Below, in pieces: positions 40,801-52,640 of a DNA stretch of 64,000 nt. The notes under the pieces were generated by a model that saw only the letters and a program-made list of their open reading frames with translations, searched no databases and was not told the DNA's origin. This stretch comes from the human T2T-CHM13v2.0 reference genome, Homo sapiens. The DNA lies in NCBI GenBank assembly GCA_009914755.4, contig CP068257.2:2944001-3008000 (forward strand), written 5' to 3'. Positions within the stretch are counted from its first letter, which is position 1. Every line of letters begins with the position of its first letter. The position numbers and the translations under genes are program-made.

Positions 40801-43800
40801 TTGAAAAATTGACTCTCATATTTGAGAGTCACAGATGCGTTGATGACTCTCAGATCATGAGTCAGCACACCTAGGAAGCTGTGATTTCAATTAGGGGACA
40901 AAGTACGCAAGAGAAAATGGGGCTGCCATGCACAAATTTAGTCCACTATTGAGATAGTGAATTGTGTACTTAGATCAAACATACAGAAGGTGTTCACTCT
41001 CATGGGTAAAACCAGAATATGTGCGGGATTCATCCCATATCTGGACTTTCCTGCAGGTGTCATTGTGACAAGCATACACATTTGTCCAGCACCTGAGTGA
41101 TTAGACTCTTCTGTTTAAGCCCAGCTCACAAATAAAATTGGGACATATCTTTGGACCTGGAACATAGGTGATGTGGCTCTATTCTCTTGCCTTCGTGCTG
41201 CCCACAGGGAGCATTGTAACATATCACTGAACTTAACACCTAGGAGATTAGAGGCTCCTGCCTGAACTCTGTCCACAGTGAGCCTTGTAGCATATTTCTG
41301 CTTCCAACACCAGATGATGTGACTCTCCTTTCTGCCTGCACCTTGCCCACAGGAAAGATTCTGACATATCACTGGGCCCAGTAATCAGTAATCAGGTGAT
41401 GTTTCTCTCCTGCTATGGCCTTGCCCACAGGGAGTGTGGTGACATATCACTGAGCTCAATATTCAGGTGATTTGACTCTGCTGCTTGTACTCTGATTTCA
41501 GGAGGGGATTGTAACATATCCCCTGTGAGCACACAAGTGATGGGACTCCCCTCCTAGCCTCTGACCTCAGAAAACATTGTTACATATCTCTGGCCCAGCC
41601 TTAGGTATGTGATTCTCCTACCTGTTCCCTGCCATCAGGGAAGATATTGACAGATCTCAGGCCAAGCATCCTGGTGACGTGACTCTCCTGCTCACTCCCT
41701 ACCCACAGGAGAGATTGAAACATATATCTTGGCCAGCTCACAGGTGTAATAATGACTCTCATACCTCAAACCTGCCACTAAGAGAAATGCTGTTTTTCAT
41801 AGGGAGGCTTTGGAAAACGGGTAGGTCTTAACTCTTCCTTTTGTATGAAGGTCTTAGAGGAATACAACTCTCTCATATTATACAAAGCTCTTAAATGGTA
41901 CAAAGAGTGTTATCACAGGGATATGTTGCATAACCTATGGGAGGGGCCCAGTTATATGTCACAATTAGCCCAGGGGGCAGGGCACAGGCATGAGAAGAAT
42001 CTCACCACATATGTGCTGGCCTAAGTGATACATCATCATCCCCACTGTGGACAGGTCGCAGTAAGAACAGGAGAGTCACATCATTCTAATAATGGTCTCA
42101 GATATACATCACAATGACTCCCCTGGGCAGAAACAAGGGATAAGGTTCACATCACCTGTGGGCTAGGCCCAGAGATGTCACTCTTACTTCTGTGGGCATG
42201 TCTCAGGCTGGAGAGGAGAATCACATTACCTAAGCACTGGATCAAGAAATACTTCACAATCTTTCTCATGGGCAAAGCCCAGGTAAGAGAATAGAGCCAT
42301 ATCAAATAGTTCATGGGCTCAGAGATATGTCACAATGCTCCCTGTGGGCAGGGTTCAGGTAGGACAATCACATTACCTTGGTGCTTGTTCAGCAATATAT
42401 CCCAAAGCCTTCTGAGGGCAGAGCCAAGACAAAAGAGTAAAATCATTTTGGTGTTTTACAAATCGATATGTCACAATCTCCCCCGAGGGCAGAACCTGAA
42501 AAAAGGGAAGAGTCACATTAGCTAAATGCTGCGCCGGGTGATAAGTCACAATTCACCCTGTAGGCAGAGACTAGACAGAAGATAGAGTCACATCATCTAG
42601 TGGCTGGTGCAGAGATATGCCACCATGCCCTCTGTAGGCAGAGTTCAGACAGGAGAGTTATGTCACCTGTGTTTTGGACCCAGAAATATGTCACAAAAGC
42701 CCATGGACAGAGCACAGGAAAGACAGGCACATAACCTGAATATCAGCTTCAGTGGTATGTCCCAATGCCTCCTGTGAGCATTCCAAGGCAGGAGAGGAGA
42801 CTCACATTACCTGTGTGCAAGACCCAGTGATACGTCACACGGAGGAGTACCACTGTCATGCATATTGTGTAAACTATGGTAGAGAAATTGTCACCAAAGA
42901 GCTCAGCACACTGGTGAGATTATACTTCTGAGATTCACACCACACCAATATTCAGGATGGTCTCTATCACACGTGGAGAGAGCCCACTCTTGAGGTCCTG
43001 AATTACACATGCAGACATAGTCCACAACTGGGATTCTGACTTTCATATGTGAACATCCAGCCACAGGTGGGATGGTGACTCATTTTTAAACGCAGCTCAT
43101 AGGCAGTTAAGAAATCTTATTTGGACCCATCCAAGTAGAAAGATGTTGACTGTCATACCAGGGCTTAAAGCTAAAGGCACAAGGAGGGGTCCGTGCCTGC
43201 TTAAGGTTTCAGGGAGAATTGTTACATTCATGCATACTCTATAAAGGCTTCATATGGTGAAGAGAGTGTCCTGACAGGGCCCAGAACAAAAGTAGATTGT
43301 GACACTCATATCTACTCTGAGCCAAGAGTAAAAATTGTCATCTTTTCACATGAACACAGCCCACTGTTGAGGTTCCAAATCTCACACCTGGAGGCGGTTG
43401 AGAGATGAATAATTGACTCTCATAAGTGGATGCGATCCATGTTTGAGTCAGTGACTCTAAAACCAACATTCAGCAAACACGTGACGCTGTGACTCCATTA
43501 AGGGGCCACGGTCCTCGGGAAAGACTGAAGCTGCCATGCACAGATCCAGCGCACCATTGAGACTGTGACTTCTACACTTAGACCCAACAAACACAATGTG
43601 TTTGCTCTCACACCTAGATATGGGACATGTGCAGGATTGTCAGTCTCAGCCCTGGACTTTCCTGGAGGTATAACTGTGAAATATATCTCGGCCCAGCTCG
43701 TGAGTGACTTGACTCTTCTGCGTAGCCCAGCCCATGATAAAATTGTGACATTATTGAACCCAGCACCTATGACCCGCCTCTTCTGCCTGGGTCCTGTCAA

Positions 43801-44597
43801 AAAGAGAGATTGTGACAAATCACTGGGACAAGCACCCACATGATGTGACTCTCCTCTTTTGCCTGGGCCCTGCATATTTTGTATATTCTGACATACTGCT
43901 GGGCATAATACCTAGGGAATTGATGGCTACTGCCTGAGCCCTGTTCACAGGGGGCCTTGGGACATCTCTCTGCATTCACCACCTAAAAAAAGTGTGTGCA
44001 CCCTGCCTACAAAGAAGATTGTAGCAGATCACTTGTCTTAGCAACCAAGTGATGCGAGTCTCCTGTCCTGCCTTGGTGCTGCTCACAGGGGACATTATAA
44101 CATATACTTGGTGCTGCACCCATGTTTTGTAATTTTTCTGCCAGGGGTCTACCATATAAGCTATATTGCTGGGTCCAACACCCAGGTTATGCAGCTCTCC
44201 TTTCTGTGCTCTGCCTACAGGGGACATTGTGACTTATCTCTGCACCCATCACTCAGGTGATGTGACTTGCTTCTGCTGACTGATTCCTGTTCAAGTGGAG
44301 ATTGTGACATATCAATGGGGGCACCATCTAGCTGATGTAACTATTCTCTTCTGCCTAGGTTCTTCCTGCAGTGGAAATTGTGATGTATCACTGGGCTTAA
44401 CACCAAAGTGACATTAATTTTTTGCCTTGGTTCTTCCCTCAGAAGACATTGTAATATATTGCTGGGCTCAGCACCAAAACGATGTGGATTTCCTGTCTGG
44501 ACCCTGCATACAGGAGTCCCTGTGACATATCTCTTGACTCATCAACTATTTGATGTGACTCTCCTCTGTTCCCTGAGCTTTGCCTATAGGAAAGCGT

Positions 44598-47500
44598 CAG
44601 CCTGGACTCCAGAGTCAGCCACCCACCCCTGCACAGACAAGGAGAGGTCTCATTAAGCTTCAGCACAGTCTGGGACCATAGCTTTTTTTGTAACGATTTG
44701 TTCGGCATGAGGCCCACTCACAAGGGCCCTTCGTGACTGGACTCAAGGAAAACGAAAAGGCCTACTTGTTTTTGCGATTTTCTGTTGTTTTTCAATAACT
44801 ATTTCTCAGAAACAGTGCTGGATGAATTCCACAAGGGGTTCACACAACCTGTTCCAGGACTTAGTGACCATTGTTTCTGTCCATGTTCATTGAGTTCAAA
44901 TTTAATATTTAACTTTTCCTCCTCATTCAGCCTCAATTTGACACTGAATCATAGGAAAATATTTTTACAGTTATAAGGGGAAGTCACAACTGGTATAGAT
45001 TACAAATAGAGCAGAGGAGAATTAAAAGCACAATTAATAGAAACCACACCCACCACGGCCAACGCCAATGCTAGTTTGACAGCCAGTCCATGATGGGGTC
45101 CTGATGGTTAGATTCTAACTGTTTTACTTGTCCTTGCATGTCTTCGGCAAGGAGAGTAATACTGCGAGAACTGTCAGGGATACACACAACATTCAGAATG
45201 CAGCAAGACTCAAACCCCTCCTTGGGCTGCGGTAAACATACCTAATGCCATTCGATTTTGCAACACAACAGTACACAGCTGAACAAGTTCTTCTGATAAC
45301 AACAGAAGTCCAGTGCTACTATCTTAGGAGCTTTTACTATATGTGGACTTAATATTTTAATTTGTTGCTGAAGCAGGATTGTACGAGGGGCAAGGGAGAA
45401 TACTGTGATAGTTTTCCACCACCAGGGAGTCTGGCACGTTCATAACCAGCTACCTTTGTAAGCATCTAGATTATTGGGGAAGGGAATATTATCCCGGATG
45501 GTGAATGGAATTAATGGCACCCCCAAGTGAATATCCCCATCCAATAAGGGGGCAGGTAGGCCACCCATAGGGTCTGCATACCCAGAGGGCCCCCTAGGGG
45601 ACAGCAATGGTTATACTACAATTATAGTGTATTAAGATGTTATTAAAGTAGCAAAGGAAGTCCAGGTTGGATTGCAAGTGTTGTTGTTTTGGCCCCATTT
45701 GTAGTGACAGAGCCATTCAGAAATATTGGCAAGGACAACTCTGCAAGGCAGTCCATTTCCTGTGGCCTCTGGCAATTTGATGCATAGCCAGCATTGACTG
45801 TGGTTGGCTTCTGTCGCAGTGGTTGCTGCCCAGTTGATGAATTCACTCTCCACCTCAGACCTGATGACCCAGGTACTGATTACTAGTAGACAGGTTATTC
45901 TCTGTAACAACAAAACTGAAGGGGAACATGATATTGTTTTTCATTTTTAGGAAACTGTACTACCCTTTTATTTTCTGCTCCCATAGCTACAAGGTCACCA
46001 GCCTTAGGAGTGGGATCTGATGGAGGCTGTATCCATATTTTCGCTCCAGGATTTAAGCTACCTATACCAGTGGATCTTAATTTCCCAGTTCTGTACGTAG
46101 CCTCTGTTGGGGCAGAGATTTCCTCAGGGGTTAATTGTTAACAAGGTACCAGGTACCACTGACAATTGAGCAACCCGAATCTGCAGTCTTGTAACAAAAG
46201 AATGTGGAGTGGTATTGTGTAAAGTGAACTTTAACTCTTCCTGGTAATCATTATCAATTATACCACCATACATTATAAAGTGTCTCATCGCCAGGCTTGA
46301 ATGTGTTGTAATCCATTCACCCACATTCAAGTTTGCATTTATGCTGGAAATTTTGGCCTGTTGATCTACCTGCTGTTTAGTCTGTCAAGAGAATGCAGAG
46401 ATGCATGAGAATCAATATGAAAAACAGCAATAATAGTAATGTGCATCAGGATTCAGGTATCTTCCTAGTATTGTTTTCTCCAAACCTCTTTATTCATTAT
46501 TCACCATTTGTTTCATTGCCATTCGGGCAACTAGGTAGTAAGACCATTTTCTGCTGACCAACAGTCGGTATACAAGCAACAAATTGCTCTGGCCTCCTCC
46601 TGAATAGTTCGGAGGATGGCTTCTAGTTCAGCCAGCTGGCTGCTCACACCCCTCCCTTCATCAGAAACGCTTATGTTTTTAACAGGATTATAAGCCACGG
46701 CCTCCCAGCATCAGGTCCCATCAATGTATTTGGTGGAACCATCAGTAACCAAGCGTGTTTCTGATCCTCTGGGCTTAGTTCTTTAAAGGATTTGCCCCAT
46801 TGGGCAGGGGAGGTTTCCTTCCCTATAAGCAGGACTTGCCCTGTGGTTTCCTGAGTTGGCAAGTTTTGCACATCTTCATGTAAAAATGATACCGCTTTTA
46901 GTTCTGGCTTATCCTGGTCTTGTATGTACCATTTCCATTTTATGATACTACATTCTTGAGTGTACCCTATCCAATGGGTTTGAGGGAGCTCATGACCCAA
47001 GTCATAATAGGAATTTGGGGCCTCATAAAAACATCATGATTAAAACAAAGGTGTTCTGCTTCCTTCAAGCGCAGTAGAAGGCCAACAGCTGCTTCTCAAA
47101 GAGTATAAGCTTTGCCAGCCTCTGGCAGCTTCTGGGTCTAAAACTCCAAAGGTATCTTCTTCCCATCTTGTTTCTACCTAAGGCTCCAATTAGCATGTTG
47201 ATGTAGGACAGTTACTTGCAGTTCTGTTGACTCATCCTATAAGGGCCATAGATCCAGGGCCAGTTGCTCAGCTTGTTTTGCTTGTTGAAAAGCCAGGCTG
47301 TCTTTCTCTCTCCAGTGATATTCATAGTGTTTTCTAGTGACTGCATGCAGAGGTTGTAATATGTTACCCAAGTGGGGAATATGATGTCTCCAGAATCCAA
47401 ACAAGCCAATAGAATTTTGGACCTCCTTTTCAGTGGTAGGGCTGCAAATTCTAGTATTTTAGTGTTAGCCTTTGGTAAAATGGACTGTTTCCCTGCAGTC

Positions 47501-48415
47501 CATAGGATGCCAAGGAACTTTACACTTTGTGCAGGCCATTGAATTTTATTAGAGTTAACTTCCCATCCTTGAGATAGGATTTGGGTTTTTACCCTCTTCT
47601 GCCCTGAAAACTGACTAGTTATTCAGTTTTACCCTGACTGGGCAACTCGGACAGCTGCTTTTTCAGCAATAGGCTGATAGCTTTGAACCTGATCAGTCAA
47701 GACAGGCCTGGCATGGTACCAGGGCCAGTCTGGAAGTCAGATTAAAATTTTCCTTTTCCAGCTTACATTTCTCTTGTAACAACCAGTCCCTATATTGACA
47801 CTTTAACTTATAAGCAGTAAGCAAGCATCATCAATGCTGGGAAATTCCCTCAGCATTACAATTACCAACTGGGACTCCCTGCTGCACCTCACGCACAGCC
47901 AGTGATTCAAACAAACTTTATCCCACTTAAATGGCAATGCAGATATAATAAGCAAATATATAAGCAAGTTGCAATGGGACGGGGAGAAGGGAAAAGATAT
48001 ATATATATATTTAAACTCACCAAACTATGGAGGATTCACCACGAGACTGTGAAGCAACAGCCTGGGCTCCAGATTGGCCACTCATCCGTCCACAGACAAC
48101 GTGAGATCTCATGAAGCTTTGGCGCAGTCTGGAACCCCAGCTCTTTTTGTAATGAGTTATTTGGCATGAAGTCCGGTCAGGAAGGCTATTCACAACGGGG
48201 CTCAAGGAACACAAAAAGGTCAACTTGTTTTTTTGATTGTCTATTGTTTTTCAATAACTAAGATATAGGAATAAATTGAAATAGAGATTTATCTGAAACA
48301 GCGCTGGATGAGGGCTTCAAGGGGCTCACACAACCTGTTCCGGGACTTGGTGACCATTGTTTGAGTCCATGTCCAATTGAGTTCAAATTTAATATTTACC
48401 TTTTACTCCAAAAAG
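44598..48415 (-). mobile_element. Internally deleted ERV provirus on the minus strand, gamma-like. Its LTRs lie at about 44598-44925 and 48058-48415, with pol and env remnants between them.
   Basis: Directly repeated blocks of about 330-360 bp share motifs such as 'ctttttttgtaacgatttgttcggcatgaggcc', 'cttgtttttgcgattttctgttgtttttcaataact', 'gctggatga...ttccacaaggggttcacacaacctgttccaggacttagtgaccattgtttctgtccatgttcattgagttcaaatttaatattta'. The minus-strand ORF 45632..45913 translates to '...ANHSQCWLCIKLPEATGN...', and CWLC is the conserved CXXC motif of gamma-retroviral env SU. Minus-strand ORFs 46671..47000 and 47212..47409 lie upstream in pol-like positions. The order LTR-pol-env-LTR on the minus strand is consistent. 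Confidence 0.65.
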
Positions 48416-48544
48416 TGTCAAAAGTAATTCCTTCAAATGCAGGAAATTATGTAGCTACTCACAAACTAAACTTCTCAAACAAAAGTCATAAATAGAGTAC
48501 AGAGATAAAAAATAAAATAAAATCTAACTACATCTGTCTACAGG

Positions 48545-48680
48545 GGATTCAATTTATTTATTTATTTATTTATTTATTTTAGAGACATGGTATTGCTTTG
48601 TTTCCCAGGCTGGTCTCAAACTTCTGGGCTCAAGTTAACCTCCCACCTCAATCTCCTAAAATGCTCGGATGACAGATATG
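48545..48680 (-). mobile_element. Alu fragment on the minus strand, preceded by (TTTA)n
   Basis: 'tttatttatttatttatttattttagagacatggtattgctttgtttcccaggctggtctcaaacttctgggctcaagttaacctcccacctcaatctcctaaaatgctcggatgacagatatgagccatc'. Confidence 0.7.
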
Positions 48681-48989
48681 AGCCATCTTACTATATAGTA
48701 ACAAAAACAGACTAAAAGTGGCAAGATGCATCAAAACAATTTTATGCAAATCGTAATGAAATGAAGACAACGTCACGAGCACATTATGCAAAATACTTTT
48801 TAAATAACTGTCTTAGTTTATAAAATAAATTATAAGTTAAAACTGTCAAAGAAAACAAAGGACAAAATAATAAAAAAGTTTATTCACTGGAAACCTAGGA
48901 AAATTATATACATTTATATAATATACGTTTATATAATTGTGTGTATTTATCTAATTATGTATACAGACACACATATATATGAACCTCAC

Positions 48990-51900
48990 ATGAAGATTTT
49001 AAAATAAATCAATAATATTTTGTCAGAACATAAACAAAAAACTGCAATATACTGAGAACAATATTTTAATACACCAGTTCTGTAATTAATAATAAAGCCA
49101 GAGAGAATGTTAAGAAGAAAACAGAGGACATGAAAATACTGTAAAACAGTTAGATGTAACAGATGCATAGAGATCACTCTACACAACAACAAAACTCACA
49201 GTCTTGTCAAAAGCTCATAAAACATTGTCCTAAAAATAAATATAAGGAAAAAAATTTTTTAACAGAATTAAAAAAAATTGAATGTTACAGAAAACACTTC
49301 AAAAAATCAATCAACCCAGGAGCCGGTTTTTTGAAAAGATTAACAAAATAGACCACTAGTGAGACAAATAAAGGAGAAAAGAGAGAAGAATCAAAGAGAC
49401 GCAATAAAAAACGACAAAGGGGATATCACCACGAAACCCACAGAAATACAAACTACCATCAGAGAATACTATAAAAACCTCTACGGAAATAAAGTGGAAA
49501 ACCTAGAAGAAATTGATAAGTTCCTGGAAACATCCACACCTCCAAGACTAAACGAGGAAGAAGTTGAATCTCTGAGTAGACCAATAGCAGGTTCTGAAAT
49601 TGAGGCAATAATTAATAGCTTATGAACCAAAAAAAGTCCATGACCAGACGAATTCACAACTGAATTCTACCAGAGGTACAAAGAGGAGCTGCTACCATCC
49701 CTTCTGAAACTATTCGAATCAAGAGAAAAAAAGGGAATCTTCCTTAACTCATTTTATGAGGTCAGCATCATCCTGATACCAAAGCCTGGCAGAAGCACAA
49801 CAAAAAAACAATATCCCTGATGAACATCAATGCAAACATCCTCAATAAAATGCTGACAAACCAAATCCAGCAGCACATCCAAAAGCTTACCCACCACGAT
49901 CAATTCAGCTTCATCCCTGGGATGCAAGCCTGGTTCAACATATGCAAATCAATAAACATAATTCATCACATAAACAGAACCAATGACAAAAATCTCATGA
50001 CTATCTCAATAGATGCAGAAAAGGCCTTCAACAAAACTCAACAGCCTTTCATGATAAAAACTCTAAATAAACTAGGTATTGATGGAACACATCTGAAAAT
50101 AATAAGAGCTATTTATGACAAACCCACAGCCAATATCATGCAGAATGGGCAAAACCTGGAAGCATTCCCTTTGAAAACCAGCACAAGACAACGATGCCCT
50201 CTCTCACCACTCCCACTCAACATAGTATTGGAAGTTCTGGCCAGGGCCATCAGGCAAGAGAAAGAAATAAAGGACATTCGATTAGGAAAAAGAGGAAGCC
50301 AAATTGTCTCTGTTTGCAGATGACATGATTGTATATTTAGAAAACCCCATTGTCTCAGCCCAAAATCTCCTTAAATCTGATAAGCAACTTCAGCAAAGTC
50401 TCAGGATACAAAATAATGTGCAAAAATCACAAGTATTTCCATACACCAATAACAGACGAACAGAGAGCCAAATTATGAGTGAACTCCCACTCAACAATTG
50501 CTACAAAGAGAATAAAATACCTAGGAATCCAACTTACAAGGGATGTGAAGGACATTTTCAAGGAGAACTACAAACCACTGCTCCATGAAATAAAAGCGGA
50601 CACAAACAAATGGAAGAACATTCCATGCTCCTGGAAAGGAAGAATCAATATCATGAAAATGACCATGCTGCCCAAGATAACTTATAGATTCAATGCTATC
50701 CCCATCAAGCTACCACTGACTTTCTTCACAGAATTGGAAAAAACTACTTTGAAGTTCACATGGAACCAAAAAACAGCCTGCATAGGCAAGAAAATCCTAC
50801 ACAAAAAGAGAAAAGCTGCAGGTATCACACTACCTGACTTCAATCTATACTACAGGTCTACAGTAACCAAAACAGCATGGTACTGGTACCAAAACAGATA
50901 TATAGAGCAATGGAAAAAAACAGAGGCCTCAGAAATACCATCACACATCTACAACCATTGGATCTTCGACAAATGTGACAAAAACAAACAATGGGGAAAG
51001 GATTCCTTATTTAATAAATGTTGCTGGGAAAAATGGCGAGCCATATGCAGAAAACTGAAACTGGATTTCTTCCTTACACCCTATACATAAATTGACTCAA
51101 GATGGATTAAAGACTTAAATGTAAGACCCAAAACCATAAAAACCTAAGAGAAAACCTGGGCAATACCATTCAGGACATAGGCATGGGCAAAGACTTCATG
51201 ACTAAAACACCAAAAACAATGGCAACAAAAGCCAAAATAGACAAATGAAATCTAATTAAACTTAAAAGCTTCTACACAGCAAACGAAACTATCATTAGAG
51301 TGAACAGGCAACCTACAGAATGGGAGAAAATTTTTGCAATCTACCCATCTGACAAAGGACTCACATCCAGAATCTACAAAGAATTTAAACAAATTTACAA
51401 GAAAAAAACGAGCAATCCCATCAAAAAGTGGGCAAAGGATATGAACAGACACTTCTCAAAAGAAGACATTTATGTAACCAACAGACATGAAAAATTGCTC
51501 ATCATCACTGGTCATCAGAGAAATGCAAATGAAAACCACAATGAGATACCATCTTACGCTAGTTAGAATGGGGATCATTAAAATGTCAGGAAACAACAGA
51601 TGCTGGAGAGGACGTGGAAAAACAAAAACGCTTTTACACTGTGGGTTGGAGTGTAAATTAGTTCAAACACTGTGGAAGACAGTGTGGTAATTCCTCAAGT
51701 ATCTACAACCAGAAATACCATTTGACCCAGCAATCCCATTACTGGGTATATATCCAAAGGATTATGAATCATGCTACTATAAAAACACATGCACACATAT
51801 GTTTATTGTGGCACTGTTCAGAATAGCAAAGTCTTGGAACCAACCCAAATGTCCATCAATGATAGACTGGATTAAGAAATTGTGACACATATACCCCATG

Positions 51901-52258
51901 GAATACTACGCAGCCTTAAAAAAGGATGAGTTCATGTCATTTGCAGGGACATGGATGAAGCTGGAAACCATCATTCTCAGCAAACTATCACAAGGACAGA
52001 AAAACAAACACTGCATGTTTTCACTCATAGGTAGGAGTTAAACAATGAGAACATGTGGACACAGGACAGGGAACATCAAACGCTAGTGCCTGTTTGGGGG
52101 TGGGGGGCTATGAAAGGGATAGCATTAGGAGAACGCTTAATGTAAATGTTGAGTTGATGGGTGCAGCAAACCAACATAACACATGTATACCTGTATAACA
52201 AACCTGTACGTTCTGCACATGTATCCTAGAACTTAAAGTATAATAAAAATTGAAGGCT
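48990..52258 (+). mobile_element. L1 LINE (L1P/L1PA-like), 5'-truncated, running from mid ORF2 through the 3' UTR. ORF2 is disrupted.
   Basis: ORFs 49359..49625 ('[72 protein letters not shown]'), 49820..50323 ('[28 protein letters not shown]...[81 protein letters not shown]...') and 50479..51090 match L1 ORF2 RT and C-terminal regions almost residue for residue, but in different frames with stops. A typical L1 3' UTR ends at about 52258. Confidence 0.9.
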
Positions 52259-52640
52259 ACAGACTATAATTTCTGACCAAAATGGATTAAAACTAGAAAT
52301 CAATAACCGAAGAAAATTCATAAAATTCACAAATACATGATAATTAAACAATTTATTCTTCAACATGTTTTTGTTCAAGAGTTAAAAATTTAATATTTTG
52401 AACGTGTCTATAATGCCCAAAGTGAGCTGCAGATTTAATACAATCCCTATGAAATTATTAATATTATTTTTGACAGAAACAGAGAATGTGACTCCCCAAA
52501 GTATACGGAATTTCAGGGGACCACATAAAAAAAGTTGGAAGCATTACAATTCCTGATTTCAAGACATGTTAGAAATCTACAGTAATCAAAATGTTATGTT
52601 ACTGGCATAAAGACAGACAATTAGACTAATAAAAAAATCT
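52259..52640 (+). mobile_element. Older L1 ORF2 fragment, the integration site of the KRT18 retrocopy
   Basis: The degenerate translation 'FDRNRECDSPKYTEFQGTT.KKLEALQFLISRHVRNLQ.SKCYVTGIKTDN' resembles the L1 ORF2 C-terminal region (..[35 protein letters not shown]..). Confidence 0.5.

Larger units (their letters stand above)
32200..44597. repeat. Beta-satellite-like arrays (68-70-bp Sau3A-family monomers) in higher-order blocks. Two blocks (about 32200-32870 and 41900-42840) are inverted relative to the others. The arrays are separated by more divergent 0.6-1 kb 'spacer' blocks that recur (32870-33400, 36290-36900 and 37890-38130, 40100-41060, 42840-43560).
   Basis: Monomers such as 'gattgtgacatatcactgggcccagcacccaggtgatgtgactctcctgcctgggccctgcccacaggga' repeat about every 68-72 bp. 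Inverted copies read 'cagagatatgtcacaatgctccctgtgggcagggttcaggtaggacaatcacattaccttggtgc'. This resembles the beta satellite consensus as I remember it (GATCAGTGCAGAGATATGTCACAATGCCCCTGTAGGCAGAGCCTAGACAAGAGTTACATCACCTGGGT). The 'gtgacata' and 'ggtgatgtgac' anchors recur throughout. Confidence 0.8.

Noticed and set aside
24975-44597. Regularly spaced short repeats that could superficially suggest a CRISPR array
   Set aside because: The sequence is human. The repeats are contiguous satellite monomers (140 bp and 68-70 bp) with no unique spacers, and there is no prokaryotic context. These are satellite DNA.
44590-48420. The two about 350-bp similar blocks (44598-44925 and 48058-48415) could be a local segmental duplication rather than LTRs
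   Set aside because: Rejected only in part. The intervening minus-strand pol-like and env-like ORFs with a CWLC motif make an ERV with LTRs the more economical reading, but I cannot verify the LTR family from memory.
49820-51090. Long ORFs (167 and 203 aa) resembling reverse transcriptase
   Set aside because: They are fragments of L1 ORF2 in different frames separated by stops, not an intact RT gene. The L1 is 5'-truncated and lacks ORF1.
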